DNA of 64,000 nt from Eledone cirrhosa (Eukaryota): contig OZ024751.1 in assembly GCA_964016885.1 (NCBI GenBank), forward strand, positions 25,048,001-25,112,000. Direction: 5' to 3'. Each line of letters begins with the position of its first letter. Positions within the stretch are counted from its first letter, which is position 1. Positions 12,514 through 27,288 of the stretch are shown in pieces. A model generated the notes under the pieces. It was not told the DNA's origin, made no database searches, and saw only the letters and a list, made by a program, of their open reading frames with translations. Position numbers and translations under genes: made by a program.

Positions 12514-12825
12514 GTAATTTGAGTTTTTCGAATTTTAATAATAGTATTCGATTCGTTTGCAATTATGCAAACAGCCTCTTTTTAAGCCATGTCAGTAGAA
12601 TCAGCTCCTCATTCTTGATCTTGTGTTGGGATGTAAACAGATTACATTTATTGTATTCAGGCATGTAGAGCGATAACTTTTTGTTATATATATATATATA
12701 TATAGTTATACTTTGAGAGGGTCATGTTGCCAATAAAAGTATAACGGTATCTGTTTCAAAACACGTTTTCAGATAAGAAATCTCGCAAAACTTATTAAAA
12801 AATGAATTATACATACATACACACA

Positions 12826-12956
<131 letters not shown>

Positions 12957-13255
12957 CTCTCTCTATATATCTATATCTATATCTATATATATATCGTATT
13001 TTAATATGTTTTGCGAGGTTTTATATTTATAGTTTTGCGATATATATATATAAATATATTGTTACACTTTGGGAGGGTCATGTTGCCAAATTCATGATGA
13101 TATTTGTTTTTGAAATGCGCATAATAAAATACATGGAACTCTTTTAACCATCTTTTGATCTTATATATTATTTATACTCCAGTCCTACAAACTGTAGAGT
13201 GCTACTTATCCGATATCTGCATTGCTTTATTGTACTACAATAAAACTCACCTCCT

Positions 13256-13439
<184 letters not shown>

Positions 13440-13539
13440 TGTTATATGCCTCTAAATATATAATAATAATTATTATTGTGTTTATACAAATGTTTTAAAT
13501 TATTCGTGAGGTATTAGGGCGACACATCATTATTTACTA

Positions 13540-13723
13540 CGGTGGATTGGCAGTATCGGTAGAGGGTTAGACGCCATGCTTTGACGCACAGAGTTACGGC
13601 TCTTGCCATTCTGTGTTCAAATCCGGCCGAGGTTAACTTTGCTTTTCATCCTTACGGGGTCGATAAAATAAAGTACCAGTGATGCACTGGGTAATTGCTG
13701 GCCTTGTGCCTAAAGTAGAAACA
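13540..13723 (+). mobile_element. tRNA-derived SINE (octopus-type), near full length
   Basis: A box-like tggcagtatcggta, B box gttcaaatcc, core ctttgcttttcatccttacggggtcgataaaat; TSD attatttacta (13529, 13724); an older copy follows at 13741-13960. Confidence 0.85.
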
Positions 13724-14292
13724 ATTATTTACTATTCATTCGGGGTTGGAATAGCAGAATGGCTATAGCAGAGAACAAATCTTTCGCGGTAAATATTCTG
13801 TGTCTTTAAGTTATAAGTTCAAATCAAACGAAGGTCAATTTTGTTTTGCATCTTTCTGGGGTCGATGAAATGAATTACTAATCAAATACTGGAATGGATA
13901 TAAGGCAAATTTTCCTCCCTAGTTAATTGCCGGCATTTTGCCTGAATTAGAAACCATTTTTTTTCGTGTTGACCAAACAAAAATATATATGAATGCGGAA
14001 TCTGTGTAGAGATATATTTATATATTTGTTTAAATCGGGGCGTGGTGGAGTGGGGACGTATGAAGTCAGAATGAAATAAATGACTGATTAACGGTAAGAA
14101 TCATTTAAGTGTTTATCACGTTTATCAACCAGGTAAACCAGATAAACATAGTCTGATGAATCTCTTTCGTGTTTGACTTCTACTGAAAGGTAAATATAAA
14201 TGTCACATCTACATACCACATAAAATTCCAAAGTTTATCAGTGTGTATATATATATATATGTATATATACATACATATATACTTATACATAT

Positions 14293-14375
<83 letters not shown>

Positions 14376-14377
<2 letters not shown>

Positions 14378-14890
14378 GTTTCTTTATTGGTCACAAGGGC
14401 TGACACGAAGAAAAAACATTAGAGACAGCACAGAACAGTACAGGACGATACAGAGTGGGTTTTGGTCGTGTAAACAGGTTATAACAAGATAGAAATCGGG
14501 CTAGAAATATAAAAAAATTCAAACAACAAAAATTCCCCCAAAAGGGCTCACTCGTGGCGAAAACCACACAAAAGACCACAGCCACCCTGACCACCAGGGC
14601 ACGCGTCTCTCTCAGTTTTCCCCACTCCTCAGTCTACAGGCGCTTACTCAGAGCGGGCCCGTTCACTCGGACCAGACTCGCCTCTTTCACTCACCTTTCA
14701 ACAAACTTACTAGAAGACAACACTTGCCTCTCCACCCTGATTTTCCTCTTCAAGTGAAACTTGAAAAGGTTAATCAGGGATTGGCCGGAGAGGAAAGAGT
14801 CCGTTTTCAACCCTTTCAGCCTTGTCCACCACACAATCTCTTTCGCCAGGGACACCAGGCAGATGAAAACTGTCTGCCCTTCCTCCTCTT
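14376..14890 (-). mobile_element. Tx1/L1-like LINE 3' fragment
   Basis: ORF2 C-terminus-like CLVSLAKEIVWWTRLK; 3' UTR ending aataaa then (TTA)n. Confidence 0.6.
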
Positions 14891-14955
14891 TATATATACT
14901 TTTATGTATATATATTGTATACATGTATATATATATCTATATATATATATATATA

Positions 14956-15150
14956 TTTATTAAAATAACAGATTAAAGTTTAAGCAAAGAATCGCTGCTT
15001 TCACCCTTAACGGGATCTTTGAAACTCAGTTTCAGAAGATCCCGTTAAGGGTGAAAGCAGCGATTCTTTGCTTAAACTTTAATCTGTTATTTTAATAAAT
15101 ATTTGCTCTACGGTTCTTATATATTTGATATATATTTATCCTTATCGATA
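14956..15150 (+). mobile_element. Family D fold-back element; CAGAAGA hammerhead-like motif at 15028-15078
   Basis: Motif identical to 5871-5921 but with a different palindrome centre (gaaactcagtttc). Confidence 0.8.
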
Positions 15151-15436
15151 AATGTTAGATGAATTGAACATAGTCTTCCATATGATGCTGATACTGAATT
15201 TTGAGCCTCATATATTATTTTTCACGTTTGGTCAGTGATAGCTATTAAACTGCCATGGCATTGGGAAGAAATATTAAAATGGATTTTATCTCTTACTTAC
15301 ATGACAAATGTTAAACTAATTTGAGTATATAGCGATCTCATAATCATCTTATTTTGAGAAGCATGACTACACAATTATATTTATTTTATGGTGGAACCTG
15401 AACAGATATTTGCTTAAAATTTAACGTTAAGAATAT

Positions 15437-16330
15437 TTTCTTCTTTGCCCATTTATTTCTGAGAGGGGCGTGAAGGCAGAGTCCTTAGAAACTCCTTCCA
15501 GAGAGTACTGTCAGAAGCAACCATCTGCACCTGATCAGGCTGCATTCAGGAGCGAGTCCAGCCAAGCTCATGAATGTTATCCAACCATCTTGCACGGTGT
15601 CTACCTTTGGATCTCCTGCTAGTTGGTTTTGACCGTAAAATCTGACCAGCGATCCTTTCCTGAGACATTCTAACCAGATGCCCATAGTATCAGAGCTGTG
15701 ACCTCCCAATTCGGAGAAGTAGCGGCTTCACATTGAGTGACTCGCTGATCTCCGAGCTACGCAGTCGAGTGAGTAACGTTACTCCAAAGACCCTTCGAAG
15801 GAACCCTACTTCGGCTGCTTGCATTCGCGATCGTACTTTTTCCCTCCCTACCCAAGATTCATGACCAGAGTTAAGAGTTGGTTCGAATACCGAATTGAAG
15901 ATAGCGATTTTGGCTTTTACACGTACCTCCCTTTTGGTTAATGAATGCTGAAGCCGGCGTATTATTGCATTAGCTCTTTACGTCCCTTTACGATCTGAGT
16001 TCAAATCCCGCCGAAGTTGACTTTGCCTTTCATCCTTACGGGGTCGATAAAATAAAGTACCATTAATGCACTGGGTAATTGCTGGCCTTGTGCCTAAAGT
16101 AGAAACAATTATTGCATTAGCTCTTGTAGTTCTTGCACTTAATTCAGCCTCCTGCCTTCTATCACTCGTGAAACGACCTCGAGATATTGAACATCTCCAG
16201 CTGCTCTCCATGCACTGCACATACTCTTTTGAGAGGACAAGTGCTACGAATATAGAACTTATAATACCAGGCAGAAGATCATTCCGAAGAATCTGATGGT
16301 TAGGCAGGACAAAGACAGCATTTCTATTGG
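15437..16330 (-). mobile_element. Decayed RTE-clade LINE 3' portion
   Basis: VHGEQLEMF, FTSDRRQEAELSARTTRANAI and RRSKGRHRARWLDNI motifs; 3' end shared with 19545-19690, 42405-42560, 52855-52943. Confidence 0.7.
15979..16107 (+). mobile_element. 5'-truncated SINE inserted in the RTE relic
   Basis: 18 bp TSD attattgcattagctctt at 15961-15978 and 16108-16125. Confidence 0.9.
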
Positions 16331-17358
16331 TATTTTTATCGCTGATACTATCTGTCAGTCGTAACTCCTGACAGAAGCATAGTTGCTAATATCCACTACA
16401 CATACCACCGACTGCTATCAATAACCACCTTCATCACAACAACTACCTTCTAATTTTCACTCTCTCTTATGTACACATATATACACCAGGTCCGAACACA
16501 AAGACACCAAAACCCCACTGTCACTGCCTCCGTCTCTCCCCTCTGCCCATCCCTCACTACTGTGAGCAAATGGGGGCCCACGCGCTGGCCACCTCGCGAC
16601 CCTGGCGAACAGAATAGAGAAGGCACTTCCTTGTAGGTGCAAAACCCAAACCATTTGTCAGTAATCTTATCATGGAACCTATTTTACAGATCAGACCAAG
16701 GATCTATTAACAAGCCGCTAATCAGTAATTCTAACTATGTTTTCTCACAATTATCTCATCCAATGTGTCCAACGGTATATCTGTACATTTTAACGCCGAT
16801 CATGTCAGATAAAACCAAAAGGAAGCAATGTTTCAATTTGTCTTTCCAGAGCTAATACTATCTGACTGTCGCTTTTTCTGGCAAAGGCATCACAACATTT
16901 CCTCTGACACAATGTGGGGCTTGAACTAAAAACGCACAGACCTGGAACAGATACCGAAACCTAACTTGTCCGACGCCTTGTCGATTCTACTCATCCACCG
17001 CCTCAAGTTGATGAGAAATAGATAAACTGAATTAATTTTGGAAAAAAAAAACACAAAAGAAAACGATTAAAAAAGACGGGAATTGTATTGGTATTTCAAA
17101 AAGGCAATTTCTTAACCCCACAACCTTACCTGCACCTATATTAAATATGTAGTTGAGAAAGAGGAAAAAACACCAATAAAATATACTTGCTGGCTTGGTT
17201 CCAAGACACAGAAGCGGCGGTTTATTGAAATATCAATGCAAACATTTTTTCTTCTTTTTTTTTCTATTAAAAATTAAGTCTTTCTGTCTATGTCTTACTA
17301 AGGGCCGAACACGTATATTTCACTGCAACATTGACCGCATTATAATTTATTTATATAA

Positions 17359-17790
17359 TGGTGATGGATTGGCAGCATCGGTGGAGCGTCGGACACCATG
17401 CTTTGCAACATAGAGTTAAGGCCCTTTATGTTTTGAGTTTAAATCACGCCGAGGTTAACTTTGCATTTCATCCTCACGGGGTCGATAAAATAAAGCACCG
17501 GTAATGCACTGGGGTAATTGCTGGCCTTGTGCCAAAAAGTAGAACCAATTATAATTTATTTACATAAGGGTGAGGGATTGGCAGTATCAGTGGAGCGTCG
17601 GACAACATGCTTTGCAGCATAGAGTTACAGCCCTTTACAATCTGAATTCCAATCCTACCAAGGTTAGCTTTACCTTTCATCATTACGGGGTCGATAACAT
17701 AAAATACCAGTTATGCATTGGGGTCGATTTAATCGACTCTCCTCCCCCCCAAAAATTGCTGGCTTTGTACCTAAAGTGGAAACAATTATC
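17359..17790 (+). mobile_element. Two tandem SINEs
   Basis: Target sequence attataatttattta at 17339 and 17548, degenerate at 17785. Confidence 0.85.
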
Positions 17791-18469
17791 ATTTATTCAT
17801 ATACAAGATGTAATATTAAGAAGAATTGTGTAGTAGTTTTTTTAATGAGGAATAAAACATAAAACTAGGTGGAAAACAAAGTACTAACAAAGTACTAAGT
17901 AAACAAAGTACTAAGTTATTAGAGAATCTGATATATGATAGGTCATATGATATGTATGGTGCTGTTATTTCTTTAAAGATGGATATTAAAAGAAATTAGA
18001 CCGATACCCGGCATTGCCCAGAATATAAAGCATTAAGTTGCTGTCCTATCTGTTAAATAAGAATGAGGGTAATTTTGAATGAATATAATATTTCAAATAC
18101 AATGTTTAAGTTATTTCTTATGGAGATAACAGGGTCTTTTGTACTTCCTAAAGTTTCACTTACATTTTAAATAACCCCCGATGAAAGTAAATTAATAAGA
18201 CACACACACACTCACACACTGATACACACAAACACAAACACTCACGCACAAACATACACACACATACAGACTCACAAACACAAACACTCACGCATATACA
18301 GACTCACAAACACAAACATTCCCAAACAAACATACACATACATACCCTCAAACACTCCCAAACAAACATACACACACATACATCCCTTCAAATATTCACA
18401 CACAGACATACACAGACGCATTGAGAGAAATCAAGGGAAATTAAAAAATATTTACAAATAAATAAATAA

Positions 18470-18668
18470 TAGTGGAGCGTCGGACAACATGCTTTGCAGC
18501 ATAGAGTTACGCCCCTTTACGATCTGAGTTCAAATCCTACCGAGGTTAGCTTTGCCTTTTATCCTTACGGGAGCGATAAAATAAAGCACCAGTAAGGCAC
18601 TGGGATCGATTTAATCGACTTTCCCCTCCCTATAAAATGCTGGCCTTGTGCCTATACTAGAAATCATT
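18470..18668 (+). mobile_element. SINE, long subtype
   Basis: Same family, with the extra gatttaatcgact-ccctccc segment. Confidence 0.8.
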
Positions 18669-19544
18669 AGTGTACAATATGAGGTTTTAAGAGATGAAAA
18701 TAAATGGAATCCACATTGGTATCATATTCGTTAACACATAAAGAAAGTCAGCAGTAAATATGTATGCAATATGGAGCGAATCAACACAATTTCAATATAA
18801 GAAAATGAAGGTTAGGATATATCTTTTATAAGTACGAAGGTTAAGAAGTTAGACGCAAGTATGACGATTTGCTTTAAACGTTTTTTATGCTGTTCTTTGT
18901 GGTTTGGGGTAGAAGCCAATGTACATCAGGAAAAAAACAAAGATTATCAGGTAACTAACCTTTTCGTTGCCTTCATCTTACCGCCCATTTTGCATTGTTT
19001 CGCTTTATCAAATATATCACTTTCCACATTATATATTATATACAATGTTTCAAGCAAACTACATTTTATCAGGAAATAATATTTTCTGTCATTACCCAAC
19101 TAAGCCTTATAAGTTAAATTTGGTAGAAAGAAGCTTTGCGGAAGCTCACTTGATGGATGTTTCCTGATCCTAAGAATTAGAGTGATTAATCTAATGCCAC
19201 TTTTAACACTACTGCCCGACATATTAACCTTTAGCGGAGTCAATTTTGATAAAAGTTTCAAGTCTGCTCACGCAACTGAGAGTAATATTTTTGGTACCTC
19301 CCGCAGATCTCGACGGCCTTGAAAAGAGTCAGGACCAGTCTTAGAACAGATTAATGTGCTTGGAATATCAAGTGAGATTATGTAAATTGTCTACAATTAA
19401 GCATGCTGAACCTATGTTAAATAACCAGCGGGTTATATATGTCAGAAGTGTTTACCACAATGGACCAGGCATTGTGAACACAGTTTATTTATCTGTTATG
19501 AAACAACATTTCTTTTATTTCAAATTAAATAAATAGACCCCGAG

Positions 19545-19820
19545 CAAGATGGTTGGATAACATCCATCAGCTTGGCTTGTCTCGATTGAGGATCCAACCG
19601 GATCTGTTGGGGATGGTTGTTTCTGACAAGACCCACTGGAAGGAGAGTTTGAGGACTCTGCCACCACGTACTTCTCAGGAATAATTGGGCGAAGAAGAAG
19701 AAGAAGAAGAAGAAGAAGAAGAAGAAGAAGAAGAAGAAGAAGAAGAAGAAGAAGAAGAAGAAGAAGAAGAAGAAGAAGAAGAAGAAGAAGAAGAAGAAGA
19801 AGAAGAAGAAGAAGAAGAAG
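19545..19820 (+). mobile_element. RTE-like LINE 3' end with (GAA)n tail
   Basis: gcaagatggttggataacat (ARWLDNI); similar to the 15437 relic; (GAA)n at 19691-19820. Confidence 0.7.
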
Positions 19821-20724
19821 CACTTTAATAGTTATCACGAGATTACAAAGTTGAAGAATTGACGTTTAGATTATAACATTTTATATACAACAGTGGCAAA
19901 TCCCTGTTTAATATAATGAAGTTGAGATGACACTGGAAATACGACGTCACACTAAATACATCACATACATAACCGCATTAATTCTACATTCTAATCACAA
20001 ATTGGTCCATTTTATTTTAAATTACATCTATCTGGAAGGTTCACTGACTGCGGACAGCTTCCCCGCTTCGTTTGCTACTCTTGAATATCATTGGTTGGAG
20101 GGAATTCAATAATAAATACCAACAATTGACTACAGTACAATCCTCATTCATCGGAATTGGTTTCGAGGTTAATAAATCATTTGTTTATTGTTTAATGTAG
20201 CATTTCCAATGAAAAGCATAAAAAAAGATGAAGAGAATTCAGTTAATGTAAAATATAATAAAATAAATAAAATTGGTTTCCCTCGGTATCGATGAGGAAA
20301 TTGTTTGATCAATGGAACACCATTCTCGTTAAATTAATCGATATATACATCCTTATTAAAGTAATTCTAGGGTCATCATCATTATCGTCACTATCATTAT
20401 CAACACCACCACCACCACAACCATCATAATCACCACCTTCATCATTATCATAACCACCATCATCATCATCACTGTCATAAATCACTATCACTATCACCAC
20501 CACCATCATCATCACTATCACCGCCGTCATCACCACCAACACCACTACTATCCTTACCACCATCATCAACACCACCACCACAACCATCATCATCATCACA
20601 ACCACTACCATCATCATCACCCACGACATTATGATCGTAAGTCCAACACCCTTACCACTGGGCCACGTGCTTCCACACACACAGACACACAGACACACAG
20701 ACACACACAGACACACACACACAC

Positions 20725-20862
<138 letters not shown>

Positions 20863-20926
20863 ATAATAATAAATTTGAAGACTAAAATCCAAAGAGGGCT
20901 AGATATATATCAGATATATAAGAACC

Positions 20927-20998
<72 letters not shown>

Positions 20999-21091
20999 AT
21001 ATATATATATATACACCCCACTCTCCAGAGCGTGAAATTAATAAACATTCGTTGTACTGCCTCTCTGTTTTGTCCCTGTTCAAATTTTTCC

Positions 21092-21265
<174 letters not shown>

Positions 21266-21540
21266 CACACACATTTACATATATATATATGAGATAGAGA
21301 GACACATATGCGGGGACGGACACACACGCACACATATTATACAATTTTACTGAATACTGAATATCGTAACATTCTTATCGTAACGTGACATATTCTCGTT
21401 TATACGGACATTTTCAACAACAAGAGAAAGGAAACTCAAGCGTTTTGACGTCCATCGTTGCCATTTTAGGGCATCAACTCCGTTAACATTACTACACCTC
21501 AAATTTACTGTATTAATTCTAAAAGTTATTACCCCTTATC

Positions 21541-22487
21541 ACAGCAATATATCTAAACCTTACTATACACCCCCTACTACAGTAATATATCTAAACCTTA
21601 TTATACACCCCCTACTACAGTAATATATCTAAACCTTATTATACACCCCCTACTACAGTAATATATCTAAACCTTACTATACACCCCCTACTACAGTAAT
21701 ATATCTAAACCTTATTATACACCCCCTACTACAGTAATATATCTAAACCTTTCTATACAGCTCCTACTACAGTAATATATCTAAACCTTACTATACACCC
21801 CTTACTACAGTAATATATCTAAACCTTACTATACACCCCTACTACAGTAATATATCTAAACCTTATTATACACCCCTACTACAGTAATATATCTAAACCT
21901 TATTATACACCCCCTACTACAGTAATATATCTAAACCTTACTATACACCCCTACTACAGTAATATATCTAAACCTTATTATACACCCCTACTACAGTAAT
22001 ATATCTAAACCTTATTATACACCCCTACTACAGTAATATATCTAAACCTTATTATACACCCCTACTACAGTAATATATCTAAACCTTACTATACACCCCT
22101 ACTACAGTAATATATCTAAACCTTATTATACACCCCTACTACAGTAATATATCTAAACCTTACTATACACCCCCTACTTCAGTAATATATCTAAACTTTA
22201 CTATACACCCCCTACTACAGTAATATATCTAAACCTTACTATACACCCCCTACTACAGTAATATATCTAAACCTTACTATACACCCCCTACTACAGTAAT
22301 ATATCTAAACCTTATTATACACCCCCTACTACAGTAATATATCTAAACCTTATTATACACCCCCTACTACAGTAATATATCTAAACCTTACTATACACCC
22401 CCTACTACAGTAATATATCTAAACCTTACTATACACCCCCTACTACAGTAATATATCTAAACCTTACTATACACCCCCTATCACAGT
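21541..22487. repeat. 37-38 bp minisatellite, about 25 copies
   Basis: Unit acagtaatatatctaaacctta(c/t)tatacacccc(c)tact. Confidence 0.95.
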
Positions 22488-22612
22488 ATTGCCTAACTCA
22501 CCAAATAAATACTCTTATCTATAAACACATTGGCGGCCATGTTTTGGTGCGCTCCCAGTCCGTATTAAGGTGCTTAGCATGGATTATCATGATTATAATT
22601 GTCGTTGCAACT

Positions 22613-22667
<55 letters not shown>

Positions 22668-22791
22668 AAGTAGTAGTAGTAGTAGTAGCAGTAGTAGTAG
22701 TAGTAGTATTAGTAGAAGTAGTAGTAGAAGTGAATCTAAACGTTTATTTGAATACCATTTACATACACCACGCGAAGACATATATATATAT

Positions 22792-22853
<62 letters not shown>

Positions 22854-22986
22854 GTATTTGTATACACATATATACATGCATATTTATACATACACACACA
22901 CATATATGTATATATATTATACACACACACACACACATATATACATGCATATTTATGCACACACACACACACATACACACACACAA

Positions 22987-23063
<77 letters not shown>

Positions 23064-23364
23064 CATATATATATATGTATAAGTTAATTTTGGTGCATTC
23101 TTAGTAAACATGGACTCCCCAGATTTGAGAAAATTATTTGTACAAGCATTACTGACATTTCACGATCCATTTATTTAAAGTAATTTATTGTGATTCTTGA
23201 CTCCTGAACACGTCAGAGACTACCTAGATAGGGGACAGGACAATGGTATGTTATAAAATGGTGGAATTATAAAAGATTTCATGACATGACACAATAAGAC
23301 ACGGCGTTCTGTAACACAACACTCCTTCTAACCTACATGTGCAAAGAAAGGAGAGAGCGAAAGA

Positions 23365-23443
<79 letters not shown>

Positions 23444-23546
23444 GAAGTGGGAAATAAAGAGAAAGAGAGAGAGAGGGAAAAGAGAAAGAGAGAAAGGTAG
23501 AGAGAGTATGAGAGGAAAAGGAAAAGAGTTAGAGAGAGAGTGAAAG

Positions 23547-23606
<60 letters not shown>

Positions 23607-23969
23607 AGGCAGAGAGAGGGAGAGAGAGAGTTAGATGATATATTATTTTACACTGTCTAATTATTTACATCGTTGATCCAGGTTCAATTATTATGGAGGT
23701 TTAATATCTTATCTCATATGTAGCGGATGGATCTCCGTCGGATGTAACGATGACTGTTCTAGTAGTTCGCTCAACAAAGCCTGATCATTAAGATGTTAGT
23801 GTCTGTGCATTCCACAGACACCAGAGTACCCATAACGTAATTCTCAGGGAGATTCAGGGCAGCATTGTGTGTTAATGTAGAACCTCTGAATTCTCCATTT
23901 AGATGCACTTCGCAATAGAAGATTCCGTTTTTGTAATTTCATTCACAAAGCAAAGGTCAACCCGAGGTT

Positions 23970-24040
<71 letters not shown>

Positions 24041-24045
<5 letters not shown>

Positions 24046-24698
24046 ATATATATATATATATTATAAAACTGACGGCCGTATGTATGTAACAACCTTTTCG
24101 CCAAACGGCTGGATCAACAGCACCAAATTTGCACCATAGATGTAACTTTTTCCAAGTAAGAAAGTGAGGGTATTTTTGTCTACTAAATTTACTTAAAAGA
24201 TTAAAGATATTTTATTATTTATTTAAATATTCACTTCTTTAAAATGTTCAGATGTCAACACTTCCGGTTAGCGATCACTCTCTTTCTTAGTCTGTCTTTT
24301 TAGATAGATACATAGCTATAACGTTGCGATTCTTTGCTTAAACTTTAATCTGTTATTTTAACATTATACACACACGAAAACGCATGCGCAGAGACGGGGA
24401 CAAGAAGAAATAATAAATAAATAAAATAAAAATGGCGTACACATTACAATACAATAGCGGGGAATATAATAATAGTACCACTGATGATGTTGCAGATGTG
24501 CAACAAAAGAACTTTGATAGACTATATATATATTTATATCTGTATTTTTTAACCGTTAGTCAATCAATGATAAACATTGATTACCAAATAAATTAACTAT
24601 GGCGATATAAAAGATACAGAAGCGAAAACCAACCAAACAGTGAGTGTGTTATTATTTCTGGCAATATTACAACAATATGACCCTCCCCAAGTATAACA

Positions 24699-24730
<32 letters not shown>

Positions 24731-25253
24731 GTGTGTGTGTGTGTGTGTGTGTATTCAGCAAGAATCAATTGGCAAAATGATCATCCTCAAATATAGCAAT
24801 ATTATATATACTAGCAGTAAAACCACACTCGGGTGGTTTTCTGCTAGCATGTGTAATGTGCATATTGATATTATACGCAAGTATATGTGCATGCAGATAT
24901 GATACATCAAATAAAATCGTAATTGATAATATACACAGAAATTGAACGAAGTCTATGTTACATTGTCTTCTGTAATCAGTAACGTAATCCATGATACACT
25001 TAAAAAAAGACGGAAATATATGAATGTTTACTTAAGCGATCGCTAACCGGAAATGTTGACATTTGAAAATTTTAAAGGAGTGAATCTTCAAATAAGCACC
25101 AATATTATTTATATTTAATCAAGAATAACGAAATTTAGTAGATAAATTATGTAAAATTCATTCATTATTTATTCAAAGTAATATTTTACAAATGGGATAA
25201 AAAAAACATATTCTCGACGCAGTCCTGCACTCTTTATTTTATTATAGTTTAGA
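24041..25253. mobile_element. Two convergent Helitron-like elements sharing one CTAG-hairpin-CTAG terminus
   Basis: TC-tata...ataaaa starts at 24041 (+) and 25253 (-); inverted similarity 24180-24275 vs 25036-25141; palindrome at 24811-24847. Confidence 0.55.
24476..24700 (+). mobile_element. Family H element with hammerhead motif (G12A decay)
   Basis: tacca-CTGATGA-t-gttgcagatgtgcaac-AAAAgaacTT-tgata; paralog of 60243-60500. Confidence 0.7.
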
Positions 25254-25356
25254 TATATATATATTTATTAAAATAACAGATTAAAGTTTAAGCAAAGAAT
25301 CACTGCTTTCAACCTTAACGGATTTTAGTTTTCACATTTATTATTATTGCTATATA

Positions 25357-25409
<53 letters not shown>

Positions 25410-26049
25410 GTGTGTGTGTGTAACATAACACCATGTTGCCGTATTGATGGTTATACAGCTTATTGTACACCTCTCATATATATATATACATGCCTGATCG
25501 TCTTGCTATTCTGAGGCACAAGTTGGCTATACACATCTCTCTTGTATATATTTTGACATAGCACCTTAGTGTGAATATTTTGATACAGACGTCACAGACA
25601 ATACACCTTTCTATCTTACCTATTGGCGTGGTGGATGAATTGAAACTCACGTTCACTATACACCTCTCTTCTCTATATATTGTATATTTGTGACACCGTG
25701 TCGGTGTATTGAGGTTAATGAGTTTGAAGATATCTCTACACATTTCCTATAAATATTTATGGCAACACGCCAAATTATTGAACTTGATGAAGTTAACTAA
25801 AACCATCTTCTATATATCTGTGACAATGACCCAATACATTGTAGCTGATTCAACTGATTCTCTCTCTCCATTATATATATCTGTGGCACCAGGCCAATGC
25901 ATGATATTGATTTTTCTTTAGGTGTCATGTCTATATACATTCATTTACATTGTCTTACTTTAGTGTGGGTAAAGCAAAAACAAATATCATGAACTATTAA
26001 AATATCTATATAGTTATCTTTCTTGGGAGCATTGATAGCATAAAATTCT

Positions 26050-26247
26050 TTAACTTTAGCTTTTAAACCGGCCATATAAGGCCAGAATCCTCTAACCTCT
26101 TTCTGTTAAAACCAGCCGTAATCGGCCGGCCCCTCATACCAATGACAATAACTTCAAAATCTCGTAGCTTCATTATTATGTGAGATAAAGCCTTTGCTAT
26201 GAAAATACAATAGTAAATATAGCATAAGGTAAATGCTAAAGAGTTAA
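26050..26247. mobile_element. piggyBac-like MITE, decayed
   Basis: ttaa-ctttagctttta ... taaatgctaaagag-ttaa; TTAA flanks and short inverted termini. Confidence 0.55.
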
Positions 26248-26569
26248 ATCTAATAACCTGCTCATGATGAGGGGTGTGGTGGGGGAAGGATATTTACATA
26301 TTTCTTTCTTTGCTCCCCAAACAATCTATGAAAATATATCTTTATTATACTGCCAAATCATAAACTTAAAAATGTCCCACTCTAGTAAAACAATTATCTG
26401 TATGACTACTTCCAACATTGTGGTAGACTTAACGAGGAAATAAATGTTTTAGTTCTTTGGGAATTCGCCAGAATCGTAAAAAAAAAAAAAATATATATAT
26501 CATTGCACACACACATAATTTTAGGTGATTCAGTAGATTTGTGGTTTACTGAAGAAGGTAACAATGTAA

Positions 26570-26621
<52 letters not shown>

Positions 26622-26705
26622 CACACAGACACATGTATATATGTGTACATATGTGTGTGTATATATACACACATATATATGTATATATATAAATACACAG
26701 ACACT

Positions 26706-26737
<32 letters not shown>

Positions 26738-26933
26738 TATATATATATTTCTATATATGTTTTTCGACCTACTAAAACGAAGGTTTACGGCCAGGGTTAT
26801 GGACTGTTGCTAGCAATTATTTATGGTAATAGTATTGTTTTCAGTAGATAGTTTAAATATATTACATAGCTATGAAAAAGGGAAAATATTGATTATATAT
26901 ATATATGAAGAATATTACGTGGTTGCACATGGG

Positions 26934-26986
<53 letters not shown>

Positions 26987-27038
26987 ATAAATCAAGAAAG
27001 AAGAGTGACATGGTTTACTATACAATAAGGGCTTTATT

Positions 27039-27155
27039 CACATTGCTGACAATTGTTTCTCTGAACTGGTAGGTCTAGAGTTCGCTACCCGCCTGTTTTT
27101 GCGTCAATCGATCACCAATACTTTGTTATGACCAGTCTATTCATCAGAGCATGCG
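27039..27155 (-). ncRNA. Type I hammerhead motif with long stem II domain, family I
   Basis: cgcatgct-CTGATGA-atagactggt...accagttca-ga-GAA-ACAATTGT-C-agcaatgtg. Confidence 0.7.
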
Positions 27156-27180
27156 AGAATGAAGGATATACACAGGCATG

Positions 27181-27288
27181 GCTTCTGATGAATAGACTGG
27201 TTATAACAAAGTATTAGTGATCGATTGACGCAAAAACAGGCGGGTAGCGATCTCTAGACCTACCAGTTTAGAGAAACAATTGTCAGCA
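27181..27288 (+). ncRNA. Type I hammerhead motif with 81 nt stem II domain, family I
   Basis: CTGATGA 27185-27191; tagactggt/accagttta helix; GAA-ACAATTGT-C 27273-27284; stem I offset by one extra T. Confidence 0.65.

Noticed and set aside
18913-18956. Possible 38 nt exon (ag...CAG/gtaact)
   Set aside because: Weak acceptor; such sites are expected by chance in 64 kb.
21541-22487. Possible CRISPR array or telomeric repeat
   Set aside because: Units are contiguous with no unique spacers, there are no cas genes, and it is not a TTAGGG array.
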